Source of the DNA: a virus | Lineage: Duplodnaviria; Heunggongvirae; Uroviricota; Caudoviricetes | Virus record (IMG/VR): IMGVR_UViG_2939521961_000018 | Direction: 5' to 3' (one strand) | DNA: 64,000 nucleotides | Shown here: positions 9,802 through 20,085 of the stretch, in pieces | Position numbering within the stretch: position 1 is the stretch's first letter | How the letters are laid out: each line of letters starts with the position of its first letter | Notes under the pieces: model-generated | Told to the model about the DNA's origin: nothing | What the model saw: only the letters and a program-made list of their open reading frames with translations | Database searches by the model: none | Translations under genes and position numbers: made by a program

Positions 9802-10656
9802 ATGAATACAAATATCGGTATGAGATATATAGACGTAGTGGCAAATGGTAATGCCGGAGAGTTTTATTTTGCATACTGGATATCAAGTAATTTCATCTGG
9901 CCTTGCCGTATTCTTGATATTGATATGGGGTTAGATGCTCAAGTTGAAGTTTATGATGACCAAAATCATTCAACTGGAATGTTTATTGGTGTGCAGGTGA
10001 AAACAACCGCGACTACGCTAGAAGAAAACCCTAATGTTTCTGTACCCATGAAAAATATAGCTTATTGGGAAAGCATAAATGATCCAGTTGTTATTATTCG
10101 GACCTGTCTTAATAACAATTCAAAAGAGCCTAGCTTGTACTGGAAGCATCTTCCGAAAAGTGAATTAAGAAAATATTTAAATAGAGCCGAGGAAAAAGGT
10201 TATGAAACAGTAACCATAATGTTCGAGGAGGATAAGAACTCATTGCTGAAAACCGATAAGTCAGCATGGCTAAAGATATTTTTGAGCGATTATGATAAGG
10301 AAATCATTGAAAGTGTAGTAGGGATTAAAAGTAAACTAGATAAGTTAGGTAAATACTTAAAAGATAATTATATTGATGAGCAGTTTATTTGTGGGTTTCC
10401 AAGTGACGATTTCCCATCAGAACTGAACGATACTTTGAATAAATATGATGAATTAGCAGTTGCTGTTAAAGTAAACCCTCGACTAAAATATCTTTCGAAT
10501 GAAGTAAAATCAACTATTGATTCTTACAATTCATATATTAACCTTATACTGCTCTTTTTCAAAGAGGGATGGAGCACTGGGTCGATTAGAAATTCCGATT
10601 TTGATATTTCATCGACAATTAACCCTGCACTTCACAAAATTATCAATAGTTATTAA
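9802..10656 (+). CDS. Hypothetical protein, N-terminal restriction-endonuclease-like region (possibly DUF4365)
   Basis: 284-aa AT-rich ORF; N-terminal GNAGEFYFAYW...ILDIDMGLDAQVEV...GVQVK resembles a PD-(D/E)xK-type core; assignment from memory and uncertain. Confidence 0.5.
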   Translation: MNTNIGMRYIDVVANGNAGEFYFAYWISSNFIWPCRILDIDMGLDAQVEVYDDQNHSTGMFIGVQVKTTATTLEENPNVSVPMKNIAYWESINDPVVIIRTCLNNNSKEPSLYWKHLPKSELRKYLNRAEEKGYETVTIMFEEDKNSLLKTDKSAWLKIFLSDYDKEIIESVVGIKSKLDKLGKYLKDNYIDEQFICGFPSDDFPSELNDTLNKYDELAVAVKVNPRLKYLSNEVKSTIDSYNSYINLILLFFKEGWSTGSIRNSDFDISSTINPALHKIINSY

Positions 10657-10956
10657 CCCAATGGCATAGGGTTCACCATCGTTCAGTGAGCCCTAAGTTT
10701 AGATGTTAGGGAATGCTATGAATTTATTTCACAAGTACTCCGTAGGCTAATATGACATTTCTCTTCATCTTCGACACCATTTTCAACTAAAGTGATAATG
10801 AAAATTTATTATCATTTATTAAAGGGCGAAGTTCCGCTGTTCGCTCAAAGCCGCCGGTAACCTACTGTGAACTAATGAAGATATATAGACAGCCATTCTG
10901 CATACCTGGACAGAATTACTATTCTGTCCAGCCTAGAGATAAAAGCATACGAAGTA

Positions 10957-11451
10957 TCAGGGGGCAGTAGGCTCAAGCCAGGCGGTTACGTCACCGGCAC
11001 CGTTGATGAAGTCGAAAAGGATGATCAACTGCTCCACCGCGTAACAGGCATGGTCTAACTCACGCTCAAATGTGCGAATAAGTGCAGCTCCGTCTAAAAG
11101 CTGCTGTGTGACCGCAAAATTAGCAAGGAACTCGTGAGCCATCGTATTGCGCTGATCTTTGAATGACTTCAGGTAAGCATTATAGTCCGTGCGCAGCCCC
11201 AGCTTTTTAAGCTCAACGCGGGTCTGGCCTAATGTCAGCCTCTCTAATTTTTCTTCATCAAGGTTGTATCCCGGAAAAGAAACAAGAATTTTTTTTAGGC
11301 CAAACTCTAGCAACTGTGCCTTGCCCATAAACAGACCGAACCGTTCGATGAAGGGTTTACCCTCGTATATTTTGAGCCCAGCAAAAATCTTATCCCGAAG
11401 TTCCTGGCCACCCAGCGTATCAATATCCATGCGCGTTTCCTTTTTAGACAT
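10957..11451 (-). CDS. Hypothetical protein with Rx4H motif (possible HEPN-type)
   Basis: 164-aa ORF; motif DQRNTMAHEF; a palindrome follows the stop. Confidence 0.45.
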   Translation of the reverse strand: MSKKETRMDIDTLGGQELRDKIFAGLKIYEGKPFIERFGLFMGKAQLLEFGLKKILVSFPGYNLDEEKLERLTLGQTRVELKKLGLRTDYNAYLKSFKDQRNTMAHEFLANFAVTQQLLDGAALIRTFERELDHACYAVEQLIILFDFINGAGDVTAWLEPTAP

Positions 11452-11547
11452 TATTGGTAATGAAGTAACTTATTGAAGTTAGATGCACACATTATGTAAA
11501 GCTATTGGTAGTTGTGGACAGAAAACTCTTCTGTCCAGGTACAGGGA

Positions 11548-11868
11548 TTAATATGTAGTGAGGGGGGAACCGTACTCATCTATCACCCAGGAGGCCACAA
11601 CAAGGACTGATTGATCGTCGTCGTCAACAAAAATGAACCCATGCTTTTCATCTGCGCCATTCGTGAAGACTCGGGGATCATTTTTAAGTGAAACCCAGGA
11701 GGCGGTGTCTGGATCATGCCCTTTGTTACGGATGTTTCGAAGTGCCGTTCTGGCAGATTCCCACTGTCTCATGATGTGTTGATTTGATTCCACCTCATGC
11801 AACAAATACTGCTTCAAACGAGAAATGGAAAGGAGCTGATTTGGAGGTCTTCTGTAGACGTACATCAT
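11548..11868 (-). CDS. Hypothetical protein
   Basis: 106-aa ORF directly upstream of and co-directional with the 164-aa ORF; no recognisable motif. Confidence 0.35.
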   Translation of the reverse strand: MMYVYRRPPNQLLSISRLKQYLLHEVESNQHIMRQWESARTALRNIRNKGHDPDTASWVSLKNDPRVFTNGADEKHGFIFVDDDDQSVLVVASWVIDEYGSPLTTY

Positions 11869-12210
11869 GTTCCCGTATCTCTTTGTTATCTGGCAAAGGT
11901 GCCAGTTTCGATATTGGGAAGGACCGGAAGGTTTTCAATAGCCGATAGACATAAATTGCAGAACTTCCAGGCGGAACGTGAACGGAGCGGGTAATCAATG
12001 CCCGCTCCGTACCAGGAGCGTAAGTTGCTAACAACAGTCTGAGTTGATCAGCGGGGAGCAGGTCACTGGATTAGTTGAAAACTGGAACCTATTAGTTCCA
12101 GCCATTAATTAATAGCTTTCGAATTATTCTTGAAAAACAATCAAAAATAGTTGCCAAAACCAAATCAATTAGGACATATTAAACCCATGGTTTTTATTTG
12201 GAATTAGAGA

Positions 12211-13029
12211 ATGGAAATTCATGTTCCCATGGAAATGGTAGTAAGTGATGGAGAAGAAAGATTCACAGAGCTTGATTTTTACTATGGGTCAAAAGCACTT
12301 GAAGGCACGTCAGAGATAGTTACAGTCCTCACTAATACGATTCTAAATCGCGAAGTAGTTACTAAAATCCCATCAATCGAAGGCATAACCGCATCTTTTC
12401 GTACCAGTTATGAAGGGTCGTTTAGACAACGTTTCATGCTCAAGATCACAGGTGAGGAACAACGTAGAAACTATGGCGCAATCGGAGAGGGGGCATTTCT
12501 AGATGTTATGTCTTATTATCTTACAAGACCATTATTAACACCTTATAATTTCACATATAAAAGGGCTGCTAGAATTGTTAAAGAACTTGAGTCAGATTAT
12601 AGTTCATTAATGAAGAGGCTTTATGGCCCACTATTGAAGCTTCATAAGCCCATAGAAGAACAAAATTATACTGTTGAGCTGAAACGGAGAAGGACAAATC
12701 TTGCTCGGTATGATCACACGACCCTTGAAAATCTAATTGTTGAACGTGCCGATGATGAAAGGATCATTATTGAAGCTTCTATTACAAGATTTAATCGGCT
12801 AACGGGGACGGGAAGGCTCATTCTTGAGGAAGATTCTGAGTCTGTAAGTTTTGAACCTTCATATCTTTGGAGAGATTTTCCAGCAGATCAAAAACGCTGG
12901 CTATCTAGAAACTTAGACGTCAACACAGATAATGGTGATTTTACTCGTGTACGGCTAGAGGTGACATCAATCAGAAACTTTCTTGGTGTCATTAAAAAAT
13001 ATAGTCTTCACCGAGTTATAACGGATTGA
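12211..13029 (+). CDS. Hypothetical cytoplasmic protein, first gene of a coupled pair
   Basis: 272-aa ORF; stop is 1 nt before the start of the next gene. Confidence 0.5.
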   Translation: MEIHVPMEMVVSDGEERFTELDFYYGSKALEGTSEIVTVLTNTILNREVVTKIPSIEGITASFRTSYEGSFRQRFMLKITGEEQRRNYGAIGEGAFLDVMSYYLTRPLLTPYNFTYKRAARIVKELESDYSSLMKRLYGPLLKLHKPIEEQNYTVELKRRRTNLARYDHTTLENLIVERADDERIIIEASITRFNRLTGTGRLILEEDSESVSFEPSYLWRDFPADQKRWLSRNLDVNTDNGDFTRVRLEVTSIRNFLGVIKKYSLHRVITD

Positions 13030-13030
13030 T

Positions 13031-13765
13031 ATGATAAAGTATGTTGCCTTTTTAGTTATATCAGTTACATGGTTGATTTATTTCTTCAATTTCGATCCGT
13101 TAAATGGTTTTCCAATTGATAAGTCTGAATGGGGAACATTTGGTGATTTCGTTGGCGGCGTAACCAACCCCATTTTGACATTTTTTACAATGATTATGTT
13201 AATTAAATCAATAAACTTACAAAAAGAGGCTAACATCAGCATTATTAAACAAAATTTGCACATGCATGAGGTTTCAGAAAGACAAAAAGAAATTGATGAC
13301 TTGCGCTCTTTTGAATCATCGTTTTATAGCCTCGCTGAAGTATCTAGAAGAGAGTTTGATGCCCTCAGAATAACTGGTAGAAATAAAAAAAACTACTCAG
13401 CCTCAGATGCGGTAACCTATTTAGAGAGTTACATGATAAACTCATGTAAGTCAAAAAATGCAGAAGAATTATGCAAACAATTTTCTATTTTTGATAATGA
13501 ATCCTCTATGGCTCTCTTTTCTGCGGTTCGTAGTTTTTATATTCTATTTAAATTCACAAATGAATCTTGCCCAGAAAACCACAAAGAAAGATATTACGAA
13601 ATAGCAAATTATACTATGCCTGTGAAATTTCTTCATTTGGTATGTTTGGCATACGTATTTAGTGATTGGAAAATAATAAAAGACTTTGAAAGTTTCGGTT
13701 TTTTCAATCGCAAAGGATTAGATAAATACATCATGGATTTTATGGATGTAAAGAACTTTTATTAG
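13031..13765 (+). CDS. Membrane protein, 2 N-terminal TM helices; resembles AbiC-like putative abortive-infection proteins
   Basis: TM1 YVAFLVISVTWLIYFF, then WGTFGDFVGGVTNPILTFFTMIMLIKSINLQK (TM2); AT-rich; family resemblance from memory. Confidence 0.5.
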   Translation: MIKYVAFLVISVTWLIYFFNFDPLNGFPIDKSEWGTFGDFVGGVTNPILTFFTMIMLIKSINLQKEANISIIKQNLHMHEVSERQKEIDDLRSFESSFYSLAEVSRREFDALRITGRNKKNYSASDAVTYLESYMINSCKSKNAEELCKQFSIFDNESSMALFSAVRSFYILFKFTNESCPENHKERYYEIANYTMPVKFLHLVCLAYVFSDWKIIKDFESFGFFNRKGLDKYIMDFMDVKNFY

Positions 13766-14168
13766 TTATCAAGATAATTTGACCCTTTGCTAGCCGTTCC
13801 CCTATCATCATGATAGTAAGCCGTATGTTTAGATGGTTTATGTCTGAGATTTTGAGTATCAAATCTTTGGGTCTCGTAAAAAGGTTTGAATCGCTAAGGA
13901 TAATCTGGACGTCTCCAGGGTCGTTAATTAGACTGACCCCACCCCGATAGACGATCACTCCCCTATAGTAATAAGCACCATTTCGGACTTCCGCTTCTCG
14001 CTCACAACGGACCTTCAGCTCAGCCGCTCCGGCCGCTTCATGCAATGAATGTACGCAGCCAGTCAGAATATTAAGGTGCGGATTTCAGTTCACTTGTCAG
14101 CCCTGTGATGCAACAAGTTGCGGCTCCGGTTCGTGGGAGAGATGAAACGACGGTAGCTGAAGTTACTG

Positions 14169-15308
14169 GTAAGCGTGCAGCAAGAACCGTATTGACGGGG
14201 ATGTGTTATTCAGTCGGCAGTGCTACGCGCCAGGGGAGCAGTTCGCCGACCCGGTTTATCGGCCAGTCGGCTATGACGTCAAGGACATAGCGGAGGTAGC
14301 TTTCTGGCTCCACTCCGTTCAGTTTGCACGTCCCGATCAGGCTGTACAGCAGCGCTCCCCGCTCTCCTCCATGATCCGAACCGAAGAACAGGTAGTTTTT
14401 GCGGCCCAGACTGACCATCCGCAACGCATTTTCAGCGATGTTATTGTCCGCCTCAGCCCAGCCATCATCTGCATAGTACGTCAGCGCCGGCCACTGGTTC
14501 AGGGCGTATGCGAACGCTTTCGCCAGTTCTGAGTGTCGCGACAGGGTTTTCATCTTTTCACGCAGCCAGCTTTCCAGGGATTTCAGCAGCGGTTTCGTTT
14601 TCAACTGACGTTCGGCAAGGCGCTGCTCCGCCGTCATTCCCCTTATCTCTGCCTCGATGGCGTACAGTTCGCCGATCCGTTTCAGCGCTTCCTCCGTCAG
14701 GGCTGACGGGGTGCGAACGTGCACATCGTGGATTTTACGGCGGGCGTGAGCCCAACAGGCGGCTTCCGTTATCCGGCCATCCCGGTACAGCTCGTTGAAC
14801 CCGGCGTATGCATCCGCCTGCAGTACACCACTGAACCCCGCAAGATGGGTCTGCGGATGGATGCCTTTTCTGTCCGGGCTGTAAGCGAACAACACCGCCG
14901 GCGCCAGCGTTGACCCGGCGTTACGGTCGTCACGAACGTAGGTCCATAACCGCCCGGTCTTCGTTTTCTTATTGCCTGGCAACAGCACCGGGACAGGCGT
15001 GTCATCAGCATGGAGCTTACCGTCAGTCAGCACATAGTCCTGAAGCGCTTCTTCCAGCGGTGACAGTAGCCGGCAGCATGCATCCACCCAGCCCGACAGC
15101 AGTGAACGACTCAGCTCCACGCCCTGGCGGCCGTACATTTCAGACTGGCGGTACAGCGGGGTGTGCTCTGCATACTTTGAGATCAGCACGCGGGCCAGCA
15201 GCCCCGGTCCTGCGATACCCCGCTCGATGGGCCGTGAAGGCGCGGGGGCCTGCACGATGGCATCGCACTGAGTACAGGCATGCTTTTCACGTACAGTCCG
15301 GATAACCG
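14169..15308 (-). mobile_element. IS66-family element remnant (one end plus 3' two-thirds of tnpC)
   Basis: Terminal sequence GTAAGCGTGCAGCAAGAACCGTATTGA at 14169 resembles the end of the adjacent complete copy; tnpC lacks ~170 N-terminal codons. Confidence 0.6.
14206..15255 (-). pseudogene. IS66-family transposase TnpC, truncated (C-terminal 349 aa)
   Basis: Aligns with residues ~175-523 of the complete TnpC at 15338-16909 ([26 protein letters not shown]). Confidence 0.7.
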
Positions 15309-15337
15309 TAAGCGACTCGTCAGAACCGTATTGATAT

Positions 15338-16909
15338 TTACTGAGAGCTCAGATCAACTTTCCAGGGCAACAGATCGCGTACCCGGTTTGCCGGCCAGTC
15401 CTGGATATGTTCAATGACGTAACGCAGCCACTTTTCTGGCTCCACATTGTTCAGACGGCATGTGCCGATCAGCGAGTACAACACCGCCGCATGTTCACCA
15501 CCGCTGTCGGAACCCGCGAACATCCAGTTTTTCCGGCCTACGGCCACTCCCCGTAAGGCGTTCTCTGCGATGTTGTTGTCGATTTCCACCCAGCCATTAC
15601 TGCAGTACACGTTCAGTGCATCCCACTGTTTCAGCAGGTATGCGAACGCTTTTGCCGTATCTGAGTGACGCGACAGTGTTTTCATCTGTTGCTGTATCCA
15701 GTCATACAGTGACTGCATCAGTGGCGCGGCTCTGGCTTTTCTTGCCGCCAGACGCTGTTCTGCTGAACAGCCCCGGACCTCTGCCTCGATGGCATACAGT
15801 TCACCGATACGCTGCAGGGCTTCCGTGGTGATGTAGGTGGGCGCTCTTGCATGCACATCGTGGATTTTTCTCCGGGCATGAGCCATACACGCGGCTTCCG
15901 TTATTCTGCCGGATTCGTATAACGCCCGGTAACCACCGTAAGCATCGGCCTGAAGCACACCGCTGTAACCGGCCAGGTGATTTTGTGGATGGATACCTTT
16001 CCGGTCCGGACTGTACGCGAACCAGACCGCCGGGGGCATCTGTGAACCGGCGTTACGGTCATCACGGACGTAGACCCACAGCCGGGCTGTCCGGGTTTTA
16101 CCGCTGCCCGGCTCCTGGACCGGGACGGGGATATCATCAGCATGGACTTTACCGGGCATCAGCACATACTGGCGCAGGACGTCATACAGCGGCTCCAGCA
16201 GTTCAGCAACAGCACCTGTCCAGCGCCCCAGTGTGGCACGGCTCAGCTCCACTCCCTGACGACGGTATATTTCTGACTGGCGGTATAACGGCAGATGGTC
16301 TGCATATTTCCCGGTGACAACATGGGCCAGAAGCCCCGCTCCGGCATAACTGCGTGCAATGGGTTTTGAAGGTACTGGTGCCTGCACGATATGGTCGCAC
16401 CGGCAACAGGCCTGTTTCGGACGTTGTGTTTCGATAACCTTAAAGGCGCTGCTGATAAGCTCCAGTTGCTCTGACACATCACATCCCAGAGAACTGAGTT
16501 CACCACCACAGGCAGGACAGCATTCCTCTTCCGGCCGGATAACCCGGGTTTCACGGGGAAGTGAGGCCGGTAACGGTTTACGGGCTGAAGACTGGCGCAG
16601 GGCGGATGGCAGTACCGGGTCATATTGCTCACCCAGCGTTTCCGCCATTTCTTCCTGAAGTGCGCTGATTCGCTCCTGTGCTTCCTGTATCTGCCGTTCG
16701 GTTTTTGCACGAAGTTTTTCTGAGCTTTTACCGAACTGCATACGTTGCAGTTTCGCAACCAGCGCCTTCAGCCGGTTGATTTCGGAAGCATAAGCCGCCA
16801 CCCGCTGTGAGAGCAGGCGGTTGTATTCAGCCATCTGGCGGATGGTGTCCTGTTGCGTCTGCAACAGTGCCCGCAGGCGGGCGTTCTCATGAGCAAGTGA
16901 GGTGTCCAT
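15338..16909 (-). CDS. IS66-family transposase TnpC
   Basis: 523 aa with N-terminal coiled coil and conserved IS66 core. Confidence 0.85.
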   Translation of the reverse strand: MDTSLAHENARLRALLQTQQDTIRQMAEYNRLLSQRVAAYASEINRLKALVAKLQRMQFGKSSEKLRAKTERQIQEAQERISALQEEMAETLGEQYDPVLPSALRQSSARKPLPASLPRETRVIRPEEECCPACGGELSSLGCDVSEQLELISSAFKVIETQRPKQACCRCDHIVQAPVPSKPIARSYAGAGLLAHVVTGKYADHLPLYRQSEIYRRQGVELSRATLGRWTGAVAELLEPLYDVLRQYVLMPGKVHADDIPVPVQEPGSGKTRTARLWVYVRDDRNAGSQMPPAVWFAYSPDRKGIHPQNHLAGYSGVLQADAYGGYRALYESGRITEAACMAHARRKIHDVHARAPTYITTEALQRIGELYAIEAEVRGCSAEQRLAARKARAAPLMQSLYDWIQQQMKTLSRHSDTAKAFAYLLKQWDALNVYCSNGWVEIDNNIAENALRGVAVGRKNWMFAGSDSGGEHAAVLYSLIGTCRLNNVEPEKWLRYVIEHIQDWPANRVRDLLPWKVDLSSQ

Positions 16910-16928
16910 ATCCTCACTTTACAACGGG

Positions 16929-17276
16929 TTATATGCGGATTCCAGCGCGTTCCGTTCGTTTCGGGTGCTTCCAGTTGATACCTTCAAGAAGCATGGATAA
17001 CTGAGCCGGAGTAAGGTGCACCTTGCCGTCACGGGTGACTGGCCAGACGAAGCGGCCCCGCTCCAGGCGTTTGGTGAAGAGGCACAGTCCGTCACTGTCA
17101 GCCCACAACACTTTTATCTGGTCACCCCGGCGTCCGCGGAAGATGAACAGGTGTCCGGAGAACGGGTCATCCTTCAGGACGTTCTGAACTTTTGATGCCA
17201 GGCCGTTAAAGCCATTTCGCATATCGGTGATACCTGCAACCAGCCAGATACGCGAACCTGCAGGGAGAGATATCAT
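16929..17276 (-). CDS. IS66-family accessory protein TnpB
   Basis: 115 aa, MISLPAGSRIWLVAGITDMRNGFNGL typical IS66 Orf2. Confidence 0.85.
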   Translation of the reverse strand: MISLPAGSRIWLVAGITDMRNGFNGLASKVQNVLKDDPFSGHLFIFRGRRGDQIKVLWADSDGLCLFTKRLERGRFVWPVTRDGKVHLTPAQLSMLLEGINWKHPKRTERAGIRI

Positions 17277-17923
17277 CAGTGGCTGCTCCCTTTTATTTCG
17301 CGGATAAGTGTCTGTAATAACGCCGGCGTCAGTTTACCTTTAAGCCTGAGAGTTCCGGCCGGCAGAACCAGCTCACAACACAGACTGTCGGACGGTGTAT
17401 TTATCTGCTCTGGTTCCTGTGCGGGGGCCGGGATTTTATTATCCGGCTCCGGCGTTAACGTCACGGGAAGCAGTGCCGGCATATTTTTTCCGGAAGGCAG
17501 CAGGCCACCTTTCCGGTATTGATGGCGCCAGTTGAAGAGCAGGTTATCGTTGATTCCGTTTTCCCGGGCGATCTGCGCCACACAGGCTCCGGGCTGCAGT
17601 GACTGCTCCACTAAGGCGATTTTAAACTCATAAGGGAAGTTGGGCCGCCGGGGACGTTTTTTTACCACGGGGGCTTCGGATATAACGGTGCTTTCAGGAC
17701 GTACGACTGGTACCGTGGAAAATTGTCCGTAAAGGCAGGCATCAAGTTCCTGCTCCGACATGCCTGCGGGCAAAGGCCACGAAAGGCCAGCTCTCCGAAA
17801 GCGCACGAACATACTACAAACTGTTGATTTTGGTACACCCAGGCGACGCCCGGCCACAACCCGGGGTAAATGTTCTTCAAAGTGAAGACGTAAAGCTTCA
17901 GTGATCCAGGTCCGGTGTTTCAT
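17276..17923 (-). CDS. IS66-family accessory protein TnpA (Orf1)
   Basis: First ORF of the IS66 operon, overlaps tnpB start; start chosen at MKHRTWITEAL (ORF track extends to 17953). Confidence 0.65.
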   Translation of the reverse strand: MKHRTWITEALRLHFEEHLPRVVAGRRLGVPKSTVCSMFVRFRRAGLSWPLPAGMSEQELDACLYGQFSTVPVVRPESTVISEAPVVKKRPRRPNFPYEFKIALVEQSLQPGACVAQIARENGINDNLLFNWRHQYRKGGLLPSGKNMPALLPVTLTPEPDNKIPAPAQEPEQINTPSDSLCCELVLPAGTLRLKGKLTPALLQTLIREIKGSSH

Positions 17924-18425
17924 ACGATAGTGTCCATTAAAAATGATGGACATTATTTTTGTAGAGCCGGAGGAAACAGACCAGACGGTTTAAATGAGCC
18001 GGTTACGACTTACTTGGCTTTAGTCCCGGAGTGTTGCCAGGAGTATCTTTATTATCTCGTCGGCGTTGATCTGGTTTTCCTGTCGATTTAGCAATTGGTT
18101 TTGGACCAGGTTTAAGACCCATGATAGTTATCCTTTTGAGATGTAAGAGGGAAGCCCTCAACATTGGTATATTGGATACTGAGAAATTTTTCAATGGGAG
18201 TGATAAACGGCCGAATGATTAACTCGATATTGTGATCAACGTCTGTTTTTTGCACACTGTAGACTGACTCTTGGAGCAGAAGGTTGCTCTGAGCGAGGAA
18301 TGGACAGTTACACTCATCACCAACGCCAATAGCCTCATTACGCGTATAAAGCTGTATTAATCATTGGGGAGCAGTTTAATGCGGGATTTTCGACTTATGG
18401 ACTTGATTCAGGTGTCAAAATTAAA

Positions 18426-19442
18426 ATGAGCAGTGTAAGGACAGACAAGTTCATTAGGTATGGTTTTGCGGTTGTGGCGATAGTTGCCATACTCATTACT
18501 ACTATCACAACCCCCAATCCCACACCTTATCAATATATAGTTTACCGAATAGTTCTGGTTCTGGCTGCCGGATGTATTGGTGCAGTTCTGCCTGGTTTCC
18601 TTGAAGTAAAATTTAATGGGTGGTTAAGAGCATCTGGCGCAGTGGCGATCTTCGCTATAGTGTTTTTCATAAGCCCAGATTTGCTTCAACAAAATCCTGA
18701 ATCTGCAAGTAAACCTGTACCGCCTACTGTGATTGATGCATATGCCGTTAATAGTTCCAATCGCGACAGATACCTCGAATTATTTCGAACAGGACAGTTC
18801 GGTCAGCGGGACAAGCTGCGCATCGGTTGTGTTGAGTGGAGTGAATCATCGTGCGTGGCTGCTGGTAATTTTTTGCGATTGTTAAGCGAAGCTGGCTGGG
18901 AAATCGATTCTGACGCTGTATTCAGAATGCAACCATCCGTGCCAGTTGAGGGGGTATCGATTGTAAGCCGTGGCGATGATCTGGTCGGTTTGCCAAAAGT
19001 ACCACCCCACATGGGCCGTTGGAGTCGATCAGACATTAGTTATGAAATTTTGACAGCGGCATTTAAATTGATGGGAGTTCCGGTTTATTTTTCCAGTGAC
19101 CCGACATTACAACCAGGTACTACCGGAGTGTACTTTGGACCGAAACCGAAACTGGATGCACCAGTCATGCAAAAAGATGAGAATGTGCGACGTGAGCTTC
19201 TCCGCTACGTCGGTTTGGGAATGACTATTCAGCGAGCCTGCTCTCAGCAGCCCGTCGAACTTTGTGGGGGTGAAATCTTTTCCTGGGAAACGTCGGTATC
19301 TTCGTTCCTAAGGCAGCAGAGATTCAACTCCGATGCCGTAAACAGATGGCTTGCCTTGCCGCAGGTTAATGCGGCTTCGGCAACTGCAGACATGAAAATA
19401 AAGCTAGATTTGTTAATGTCATTTGTTCTGGGCATCGAGTAA
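18426..19442 (+). CDS. Hypothetical membrane protein (about 3 N-terminal TM helices plus ~240-aa soluble domain)
   Basis: Hydrophobic segments FAVVAIVAILITTI, IVLVLAAGCIGAVLPGF, GAVAIFAIVFFI; same strand as and upstream of the NTPase gene. Confidence 0.5.
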   Translation: MSSVRTDKFIRYGFAVVAIVAILITTITTPNPTPYQYIVYRIVLVLAAGCIGAVLPGFLEVKFNGWLRASGAVAIFAIVFFISPDLLQQNPESASKPVPPTVIDAYAVNSSNRDRYLELFRTGQFGQRDKLRIGCVEWSESSCVAAGNFLRLLSEAGWEIDSDAVFRMQPSVPVEGVSIVSRGDDLVGLPKVPPHMGRWSRSDISYEILTAAFKLMGVPVYFSSDPTLQPGTTGVYFGPKPKLDAPVMQKDENVRRELLRYVGLGMTIQRACSQQPVELCGGEIFSWETSVSSFLRQQRFNSDAVNRWLALPQVNAASATADMKIKLDLLMSFVLGIE

Positions 19443-19590
19443 CTATACCTCTTGCGAGGATGATTGAGCGTCTAATGGACCAGCTTAGCCGTTAGCGCTA
19501 TTTGTTTACGTAAGCCTGTGGAATCCAACTAGTGCTTCTACGATGCGTTGTTTGGTGAAAAAAAAGTGTTGAAGCACTGGTTTTAGACAA

Positions 19591-19871
19591 CTAAAGCCAC
19601 GATTTGCTCATGCGTCGAAAATGTAGTCGTCTACTGTGTAGCACGGAGGCGATATTCGTACGCTTACACTTGCCGATAGGCCACTGGGGAGTGTTCTTGG
19701 CACTAAGCTGCCAGGCCCGAAGGTCTGCTATGAGCGAGGGGCTGACATTCCTATTGGCATTCGGTGTGAGTTATCGGGGGCGGTCATGCGGCATACTTCC
19801 GATACAGGCGTTTCCAGCTCTGCCTGTTTCAGGGTTATATTAATCTGCTTTAGAATTAATCGTGGCTTTAG
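19591..19871. repeat. GC-rich ~280-bp element bounded by a perfect 14-bp inverted repeat (CTAAAGCCACGATT / AATCGTGGCTTTAG)
   Basis: IR arms at 19591-19604 and 19858-19871; interior is GC-rich against an AT-rich intergenic background and contains imperfect internal inverted repeats. Confidence 0.4.
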
Positions 19872-20085
19872 CATCTGCACATCGTGCTGGAGAAACCTGA
19901 GTGAACTAAATCATATTCCCTTTCTTCAGCTAATCAATTGATAGTTATGCGGAAAAAGTTACTTTGCTTGTCAATAATCCATTTCACATCCGTTAATCCA
20001 ATGCTATGCGTCTTCGCATTAATCTGGAAAGGTAGTAAGTGAAATAAAAACTTAGCCAATGACTAATATCTGAGGATACTTTGTC

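Larger units (their letters stand above)
15309..18013 (-). mobile_element. IS66-family element, apparently complete (tnpA-tnpB-tnpC)
   Basis: Three-ORF IS66 organisation; end GTAAGCGACTCGTCAGAACCGTATTGA at 15309; far boundary near 18013 is approximate (imperfect IR). Confidence 0.6.

Noticed and set aside
14508-16658. Multiple ORFs antisense to the IS66 transposase genes
   Set aside because: Overlap bona fide tnpC reading frames; composition typical of spurious frames.
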